From the IMG/VR virus record IMGVR_UViG_3300044557_000104, positions 1 to 64,000 of that record: a stretch of 64,000 nucleotides of DNA; one strand, given 5' to 3'. Shown in pieces: positions 29,640 to 37,153 of this stretch (position 1 is the first letter of the stretch; each line of letters starts with the position of its first letter). The notes beneath the pieces are model-generated. The model was not told the DNA's origin and did not search any database. It worked only from the letters and a program-made list of their open reading frames with translations. The translations under genes and the position numbers were made by a program. This stretch comes from a virus (Duplodnaviria; Caudoviricetes).

Positions 29640-30809
29640 TTATTCACTAGCTAAAATATTCTTAGCAGCGTTGATGTCTCTATCATGATGAGCATGACAT
29701 TGTGGACAAGTCCACTGTCTAATATCTAAGGTATGTTTACCATCATCATAGCCACAACTAGAACAAATTTGTGATGTTTTCCTTGGGTTAACAATGACTA
29801 GTTGTTTACCGTACCAATCACATTTATATTCTAACTGTCTTCTAAGTTCTCTCCAACTTTGGTTAGCAATTGCTCTAGCTAATTTATGATTCTTTAGAAG
29901 ATTTTTGGTTTTCAAATCTTCAATCTTAATCACATCATACTGTTCTACTAGTTGCTTTGTTAATTTATGGAGATAATCTTTTCTTTGGTTAGCAATCTTT
30001 TCACTATACTTAGCAACCATTAAACGTGCCTTTTGATAGTTTTTAAAATCACTTAATTCACGTGGTTCTGGTACTTTGTTATGCTTATCCCAAGCTATTT
30101 TAGCTTGTGCTTGTAATCTTCTTCGAGCTAACCGTTTCTCCCAATAATGTTTCTTTTTAGCTAAGATTTTATCAAATCTAATGGTAGGATACTTAATACC
30201 GTCACTAGTAATCATTAGATCAGCCACACCCATGTCAATTCCTACTTGATTATTCATTTTGTCTAGCTCTGATATATCTGTATCAACTAATAGCACTGCA
30301 TAGTAATTACCAGTAGTTGATAGTTTAATAGTTACCTTCTTGATAGTTCCTTTAACTTGCTTACTACCTCTAAATTTCATTATTCCTAATTTAGGTAATC
30401 TAATATGGTGGTTATCTACTAAATTAATATTATGGTTGATAGAGTTGCTTTGATAACTTTGCTTTGGAAACTTACGAGATTTAAACTTGGGAAATCCTTT
30501 ATGTGATTTAAAAAATCTTTTATAGGATTCTACTAAATCATGATTAGTATATTGTAAACTAGTTGATTCAGCTTCTTTCAACCATGGGTACTCTTCCTTT
30601 AATGGCTTTAATAAATAATTAAGATTAAAAGCACTAGGAAATTTAGATTCATGATTATTCTTATATCTTGCAATCATCATGCCTAACATCTGATTCCAAA
30701 CAAATCTATTATATCCAAAATTAAGTTTAATCTTTAACTGTTGTTCTTTACTAGGATAGATTCTTAGTTTAATTCCTTTGTATGTCATATTATATTCACC
30801 TCTTTTCAA
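29640..30809 (-). CDS. tnpB: RNA-guided endonuclease TnpB (IS200/IS605 type)
   Basis: KLRIYP HTH, RFVWN; RuvC D (GIDMG), E (IEDL), D (DRDINAA); zinc finger; likely ATG at 30788. Confidence 0.95.
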   Translation of the reverse strand: MKRGEYNMTYKGIKLRIYPSKEQQLKIKLNFGYNRFVWNQMLGMMIARYKNNHESKFPSAFNLNYLLKPLKEEYPWLKEAESTSLQYTNHDLVESYKRFFKSHKGFPKFKSRKFPKQSYQSNSINHNINLVDNHHIRLPKLGIMKFRGSKQVKGTIKKVTIKLSTTGNYYAVLLVDTDISELDKMNNQVGIDMGVADLMITSDGIKYPTIRFDKILAKKKHYWEKRLARRRLQAQAKIAWDKHNKVPEPRELSDFKNYQKARLMVAKYSEKIANQRKDYLHKLTKQLVEQYDVIKIEDLKTKNLLKNHKLARAIANQSWRELRRQLEYKCDWYGKQLVIVNPRKTSQICSSCGYDDGKHTLDIRQWTCPQCHAHHDRDINAAKNILASE

Positions 30810-30869
30810 TGTTTATTGTGTTTATGTACACATTGTACCCTGTTAGGGGTAACAATGCAACAGTCTACA

Positions 30870-30972
30870 AAAGGGTAAGGTAAAGAAACTCGACTGTTCT
30901 AAGGAATTACGGGAGCGACCCCAACCTCGTTTGCTACATGTAGCGCCACTACATGTCTAATGCCTTACCACA
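30870..30972 (-). ncRNA. candidate ~100-nt structured small RNA
   Basis: TG-TATAAT promoter at 30979-30987; closing stem GGTAAGG/CCTTACC plus U tract; two internal hairpins. Confidence 0.6.
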
Positions 30973-31219
30973 TATTCTATTATAGCATAGTCCGCGTCTT
31001 ATTCAACCCTAAATCTACAATTTTTTTTAATTTATTTTCACAATGCAAGTATTAGTAACCAAGCCCAATGGTAGTTATGTGTGGTATAGATTAAGAATCC
31101 TACCAAAGATATCACAGCTACATCATAGATACATTCTGCTGTCCATTTATTCATATTAACTCCTCCAAGCAAAAAGGTGCATACCTAAAGTATACACCTG
31201 TTAATTGATTATTTAATTA

Positions 31220-31831
31220 TTAGTACCAGTTGTGTTGTAACCAGAATGACTTTGCGTTATTCCATGATCCATATCGACTAGTCACATACTCACTCGCTGC
31301 ACGTTCCTGTCCTGCTGGTGATGTACCATATTTAAGATTATAACTCTTTAATTGATACTTACCGTATGCACCTGATGGGTTGCTTGCAGTGTATGAACCA
31401 CCTGATTCTTTCTGTGCAATAAAGTCTTTAGCACTTTGTTCTGAACTAGAACCTACATTGCTTGTTGAAGCGCTCTGAGATGGTGATGTGCTCGTTTTAG
31501 GAGCAGTCGCTGTAGTTTGCTTAGCTTGCGTGTTAGATGCCTGTGCTGTGGTCTGAGGAGCCTGTGTGGTTGTATTAGCTTGTGCAACATCACCATTGAC
31601 TGATAACTTGTCACCAACGTAGATCAAGTTTGCATTATCTAAGTGGTTGTCCTTAATTAATTGGTCAACTGAAACTTGATGTGCATTAGCAATTTCAGAA
31701 ACAGTGTCACCTGCATCAACACGAACTGTGTTTGAATCAATCTGTGTATCTGCATGAGCAATTCCTGCAACTCCTAAAGTAGTTAATGCAATAGCACTTG
31801 CTAATAATGTCTTACCTTTTTTGTTTAAAAT
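31220..31831 (-). CDS. secreted LysM + lysozyme-like (Apf-type) cell-wall protein, probable ATT start
   Basis: Frame open to 31831: signal peptide LNKKGKTLL...AHA, LysM (VDAGDTVSEIA...NLIYVGDKL), C-terminal KESGGSYTA...GKYQL...RYGSW..AKSFW..HNWY. Confidence 0.85.
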   Translation of the reverse strand: MLNKKGKTLLASAIALTTLGVAGIAHADTQIDSNTVRVDAGDTVSEIANAHQVSVDQLIKDNHLDNANLIYVGDKLSVNGDVAQANTTTQAPQTTAQASNTQAKQTTATAPKTSTSPSQSASTSNVGSSSEQSAKDFIAQKESGGSYTASNPSGAYGKYQLKSYNLKYGTSPAGQERAASEYVTSRYGSWNNAKSFWLQHNWY

Positions 31832-31896
31832 GATTAAAATCCCACTTTCTTTTGTTTTGTTGTTAATTCATAATGTAGTTATCATATCATGTTAAG

Positions 31897-31956
31897 GTTA
31901 CTAAACCATTACTACAATGTTACAGAACCATTACATTAGGTTACAACATGGTTACT
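31897..31956 (-). promoter_or_regulatory. array of six (T/A)GTAA(C/T) half-sites with 10-11 bp period, WalR-box-like
   Basis: Includes TGTAAT-GGTTC-TGTAAC; lies upstream of a TG-TATGAT -10 (31881-31889) for the LysM gene. Confidence 0.65.
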
Positions 31957-32054
31957 AACCTCTTATTTAGCCTAAATATTACCTTATATGGTAAAACTAA
32001 AAACTTTTTCACAAAATATTAGGTATTTAAACCAAAGTGTGTTACAATATATAC

Positions 32055-33060
32055 AGTAAGAAATTACAAAGCTACGGGGAAGCCTGAGATTGGTATAAAC
32101 TGTAGTGACAATTGAATAGTACTATGGTAATGGGGAGAGACAAGTTCGCATTCATCATAGAGCGTTATCCCAGAGCGGTTAAAAACGTGAGGGTGGAAAG
32201 AAAATGTGGGAAACAAGCTGGTTTATAACTTGTTGCGGTATAGAGTAGTATACGTTGAGCCGATTCTATAAAATCAACGGGAGGGCTATCTAAGTAGGAG
32301 AGTAGGAGGATAGTCTGTGAGTGGCTGGCAGCTCATTAAATACTTGCCGTTGATGGCGTCTGGTGTCTTGAAAGAGATGGGCGCTATAATATTAGAATCA
32401 AGTCTTATCAGAATACGAGAGCGGGTTCTACGGGTGTGGCTAGACAACACCCAGTTTAGTTCAAAGCAACTATTGTATTATAGCGAGGGACGATCTAAGG
32501 TATTATCTATCTGAGGTTCTGGGTCAGATAATATTATGATCTAGCTGGCATCTACTCTCCTAAAAAAATGAAACGCGTATTGGGGCTTTTCTGGTTCTTA
32601 TGTTTTATTTGAGTTGCTTTTCCCATAGTTGCTCTGTTAGTTTACCTTGTCTATTTGACATGTTTTCAGAGTATACTATGGGGACAACTCTATTTTCTCA
32701 CAACGTTTAAAACTTTCTGGTTAAGTTCATAACATACATAATACTTCTAATTAACATTTCCAAATAAATACAATTTGATATAACTTCTAACAAAAATAAA
32801 AATTGATTACTACATCACCGGTTCTCAGGTGATAACGTCCAGAGGTTCGTCCTCTGGTTGGAAGGTATTTGCGGGCTTTGCAAATTCCTTTCAAAGTAAA
32901 GAACTTTAAAATATATAAATAAACTGAATAGATAACACAACTGAAAAAGAGAAAGTACATAAAGAGAAAAGATTAAAAGAGAAGAGACAAGTTCAAGAGA
33001 AGTATGTCAACGTCCCGTTGCCACCGTGGATTGCCCCACGGAGGGCATTAAGTGATAAAT
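32055..33060 (+). ncRNA. candidate large structured non-coding RNA region
   Basis: No credible ORF; TG-TACAAT -10 at 32040-32048; 11-bp long-range pair 32295-32305/32552-32562; many nested hairpins. Confidence 0.55.
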
Positions 33061-33385
33061 AACTTAATAGAGTTACTCTTTATTATTTTCTTTAAGTTGA
33101 AACAAAGTTAGGTTTAGTACAGGTAAAATACTTTTATTAGTAATTTAAGTAATTAATTTTAAATACAATAAATCATAACAATTTTTGTGGTCAATTTTAA
33201 AATAGTAGAGTTAGTAATACATAACAATAAATGTGGTCAATAATGAATTAAAGAATAAATATACATAAAATGAATAGATAATTAGTACAACTAGTTGTTG
33301 AAAAATACTGATAAATATGGTATAATATAGTAGTAAACTAGAACAGATTAGTCGTAGTATATGCAGACAGGAGGGTATAAATATT

Positions 33386-34183
33386 ATGAGTAGTTCAGCT
33401 AAATACTATTGTGTTGTATCAGGATTTGAAACAGGTATCTACAGATCATGGGAAGATACCCAAAAACAAACCAATCACTACAAATACCCAATTTATAAGT
33501 CGTTCAAAAATAGATGGGATGCAGAAGATTGGTTTAAGTCAGGATATAAGAAAGATAAACAGTATCTGATGTATCAAAGTCAAGGAGTAGACTTACAAGC
33601 CTACAAAGACTTTGTAACTCAAAATCCTACTAAACCAGATAAGTTTAATAAAAATAAGAAAGAACAAACTAAACCATATGATTATAAGGATTATGATGTA
33701 GTTGTATTCTCAGATGGTGGTAATCGAATTACTGGTAACATTAAAGGACAACACATTAATTCAAATGATCCATCAGCTTGGGCATATGAGTTAATTTATC
33801 CAGATAAAACTAAAGAGTCAGATTCCTATGGTTATCTAGGTAAGACAAATAATGCTATGGAAATTTCAGGATTAATCAATGGATTACAAACTATTATTGA
33901 TTCAGGTTATCAGCATAAGAAAGTATTATCTGTAATGGATTCTAAGTATGTAATTAACTCAGTTACTCAAAAGTGGATTGATGGATGGAAACGAGATAAC
34001 TGGACACGTCATGGTCAACCATTAAAGAATGCTGGATTATGGAAACAATTGTATGTATTATTACAACAGATGGATCACCTAGACATCATGTGGGTTAAAG
34101 GTCACACAGATAAGACTGATTTCTATAGTCAAGGCAACCAAGATGTTGATACACTTTTGAATAGAACAATGGATAACCTATAA
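33386..34183 (+). CDS. rnhA: ribonuclease HI with N-terminal hybrid-binding domain
   Basis: YY.V..G.ETGIY.SW N-domain; FSDG, TNNAMEI, DSKYV, WVKGH, GN..VD motifs. Confidence 0.93.
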   Translation: MSSSAKYYCVVSGFETGIYRSWEDTQKQTNHYKYPIYKSFKNRWDAEDWFKSGYKKDKQYLMYQSQGVDLQAYKDFVTQNPTKPDKFNKNKKEQTKPYDYKDYDVVVFSDGGNRITGNIKGQHINSNDPSAWAYELIYPDKTKESDSYGYLGKTNNAMEISGLINGLQTIIDSGYQHKKVLSVMDSKYVINSVTQKWIDGWKRDNWTRHGQPLKNAGLWKQLYVLLQQMDHLDIMWVKGHTDKTDFYSQGNQDVDTLLNRTMDNL

Positions 34184-34257
34184 AACAGATATGCCAAAAT
34201 CTTTCTATATTATAACTAGTAAGATAATTTATAATTCAGAAAGGTTCTCGATAAGGA

Positions 34258-35547
34258 ATGAAAAAGTCCATTAAATGAACCCTTGGTATTACGACAGCTA
34301 CTCTAGCATTTGTTGTGGCAACAGGAGCATTCACAGTGTCTTCATATGCTGCAAAAGGTGATAAAGGTATTGACGTAAGTCATTATCAGAGTGCTACAAA
34401 GATCAAGGGATATGCAAGCGATAAGTTTATGATTTCCCAACTTGGTGGATATTATAATGGTACTTTCCGCCCACAGGAAACATATGCTACCCAAGTTCAG
34501 TACGCCATTGCCCAAGCAGTTCGTGCTCATACTTATATTTATCTGCAAGCATCTAATAATGCTCAGGTAGACCAAGCACTTGACTACTATTTACCTAAAG
34601 TTCAAACACCTAAAGGTTCTATTGTAGCCTTAGACGTTGAATCAGGGTCAACTACTACTAGTGCTATCCGCCATGGTTTAGATAGAGTTAAGGCAGCAGG
34701 TTACACCCCAGTGCTATATGGATATAAGAATTTCTTTGTATCACATGGTATTGATTATAATGGAATTGCTAAAGACTACACCTTGTGGTTGGCAGCATAT
34801 CCTAATTATAAGGTAACTACTGAGCCTAATTACCATATTTTCCCTAGTGCTAATAACGTTGGTATCTATCAATTTACCTCAACTTATGTAGCTGGTGGAT
34901 TAGATGGTAATATTGACCTGAATGGTATTACTGATAAAGGTTATGATGGTACATCTACTAGTGCTCAAGGTGGTACCAAGGTCGATACTAATAGTACAAC
35001 TCCTGCGATTAAAGCTGGTCAGGAAGCTAATAACACAGCTAAATCAGATATTAAAGCTGGAGATACTGTAAAGATTAACTTTAGTGCTACTCATTGGGCT
35101 AATGGTTCTAAATTGGCCAGCTTCGTTAAAGGTCACTCATATAAGGTATCTAGTGTAAGTGGTAATAAAGTATTGCTTAAATCTGGTAACACTTATATGG
35201 GATGGATGAACAAATCAGATGTTGAAATTCTTAGTGTTGGTACTCCTGTAACTACATCTACAGCTACTAAGAGCACAGCTAAGGTGTCTGGAACATTTAA
35301 AGATGGTGGATACACTATTACACGTCAACACGGTGTCTTCACTGCTGGACAGACCCTGAGAGTATTTGCTTATCCGGGTGCACAACCAACGGGAGCTAAA
35401 TATTTTAAAGGACAGCAAATTATCTATGATGGCTATGTAAGACGTGGCAACTACATTTATGTAAGCTATCAAATTAAAGGTGGCTACCACCATTATATTG
35501 CTGTTAGAAACGCAAATACACGGGTACTACTAGGTAGTATTCGTTAA
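34258..35547 (+). CDS. GH25 muramidase endolysin with signal peptide and SH3-like cell-binding domains; in-frame TGA at codon 7
   Basis: GIDVSHYQ, ALDVESG, WLAAYP, YQFTS, LDGN; ATG 34258 is in frame with the 34315 ORF apart from TGA at 34276-34278. Confidence 0.88.
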
Positions 35548-35745
35548 CATATAACAAAGCACCCTACACACCTCTTAACAATGTGTCCCATGTAGGGACT
35601 ACATATAATAAATGCAGGCACAACTGCTTATAATTAACCAGATAGGAATTTACGTGGGGAAACCCCGTAGTTGGCAAGCAACAGAAAAACTTGTAATTTT
35701 AAAGGCTGGACATATTCCAGATAGTTGAGCTGGCAACGATAAAAA

Positions 35746-36084
35746 TTGTGTGTACATATAATTAGTTATATTAAGAGTAAGGTGGTGAATACTATGACAG
35801 AAGAAGAGTTAAAAGATAAACGTAAGATTATTTTATTGAGTGTTAAAAATCGCAAGGTCATTAAAACAGGCAATCATAATTTACATGGCCTAAGATTTTG
35901 TGCAGTCTGTGGACGACCATTAGTAGAGTACTTACCAGATAATCCAGATTATAAGTACCTAACCACAGTTAAACACTTTCACTATAATATCTTCGATAAT
36001 CTTAATGGTTCTATGTGTTATAGTATTGGATCATGTAGATACTATTTGAAAACAGTAAGAAGACACGTTATTTCAATAACGTGA
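35746..36084 (+). CDS. zinc-finger-like protein preceding terminase
   Basis: CAVCG...C..C motifs; likely start MTEEE. Confidence 0.65.
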   Translation: MCVHIISYIKSKVVNTMTEEELKDKRKIILLSVKNRKVIKTGNHNLHGLRFCAVCGRPLVEYLPDNPDYKYLTTVKHFHYNIFDNLNGSMCYSIGSCRYYLKTVRRHVISIT

Positions 36085-36115
36085 TGAATTGCTGATTTGA
36101 AAGAAGGTAAGAATA

Positions 36116-36535
36116 GTGAGTAACCGTTTAATTGATGGAATTAAAAATGAGATTGATGATACTAAAGATGAAACTACCATTACTAATGTTAAAAAGACTA
36201 TTGAGTTATTATCAGGTCGGTTACTGCAACAGGCATCAGAGGGTACCATTGATTTAGATATTAAAGATTTAAAAGACCTAACGTCAGTTCTAGCTATGTT
36301 GAAAGATTCTGGTGAAGATAATGGCCAAATGGGTACTCCACCTGTAAGTGGTAGGATGACTGTTTACTTTAACTCAGCTTTAAATGGTCAGAAAGATAAC
36401 CCAGAACAATCTGATGATGAAACCGATATTAGTCAAGGCTTGGAAGATATGTCTGAGGAAGATGTCAACAAAATGCTGAATGCTCAGTTTGAAGAACAAA
36501 ACAAAGAAAACTTTGACAAAAATAATGAAGCGTGA
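36116..36535 (+). CDS. putative terminase small subunit
   Basis: Position before terL; acidic helical protein of typical size. Confidence 0.6.
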   Translation: MSNRLIDGIKNEIDDTKDETTITNVKKTIELLSGRLLQQASEGTIDLDIKDLKDLTSVLAMLKDSGEDNGQMGTPPVSGRMTVYFNSALNGQKDNPEQSDDETDISQGLEDMSEEDVNKMLNAQFEEQNKENFDKNNEA

Positions 36536-36745
36536 TATACTATAATCAAGTTGATAGATAAACCTTTTACATTATAATATCGTGCTAATTAAGTCATAAT
36601 CTTATCTATTAACCTAGTAGTAATACTTGTTGGAGCAGGTGTTACTATGAATTGTGGCAGGTATTCAATCGTTAAGATACTTGGCATTTTTGAAAACTCC
36701 TTTTTATTGATTGCAGAGAAGAGACTGTGTGAGGTCTCTTTTTTG
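36513..36745 (+). ncRNA. sRNA unit 1 (promoter + hairpins + anti-RBS segment + terminator)
   Basis: TTGACA-17-TATACT; CAT-TTTTGAAAA-CTCCTT at 36685-36702; AGAGAC/GTCTCT terminator plus T tract. Confidence 0.7.
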
Positions 36746-36762
36746 TTTGCCTGAATAAATAG

Positions 36763-36909
36763 TTGACAAAACATTTAATTCATGCTATTATAGTACTTGT
36801 AGATGAGTAATATCATCTACACTTGCTGATTTTCATGATGTTTGTTTTCAACCTATTTATATTTTTCCTCTACTTTGCCTTCCCCTTGTGTGCAATGTAG
36901 AGGTTTTTT
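36763..36909 (+). ncRNA. sRNA unit 2
   Basis: TTGACA-17-TATTAT; 5' hairpin TGTAGATGA/TCATCTACA; pyrimidine-rich tract with CAT; CCTCTAC/GTAGAGG terminator plus T6. Confidence 0.7.
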
Positions 36910-36918
36910 GTGCTATAA

Positions 36919-37091
36919 TTGACATTTTAAACAGATCATGATATTATATGTACATGGTAGGATGTTAATACATCTCATAGGGGTAAACCGCATACTACCT
37001 ATGAACTACCATTACAACTCATGGTTGTATACCTCCTTTTCCATAATATAGTTTACACTGCGGTTGGTATCCCACTTGGGGTACCTTTTTT
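36919..37091 (+). ncRNA. sRNA unit 3
   Basis: TTGACA-17-TATTAT; branched 5' hairpin; CAT-GGTTGTAT-ACCTCCTT at 37020-37038; GGTATCCC/GGGGTACC terminator plus T tract. Confidence 0.75.
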
Positions 37092-37153
37092 AATACTGTG
37101 GTGTTGCTATATTATAAATTACAAACAAATAAGTAACAGAAAGGATTGATAAA

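Noticed and set aside
30908-30925. GTCGCTCCC as a type I-C CRISPR repeat mimic
   Set aside because: Only the first 9 nt resemble such repeats; the repeat's hairpin and 3' ATTGAAA end are absent
32317-32514. 65-aa ORF in the strand-switch region
   Set aside because: Atypical composition, lies inside long-range helices, no recognisable motif; the ncRNA reading is preferred although a purine-rich SD-like run precedes it
34276-34278. Genome-wide TGA recoding
   Set aside because: Long late genes show no internal TGA, and TGA serves as an ordinary stop at 36084, 36535, 10018 and 10424
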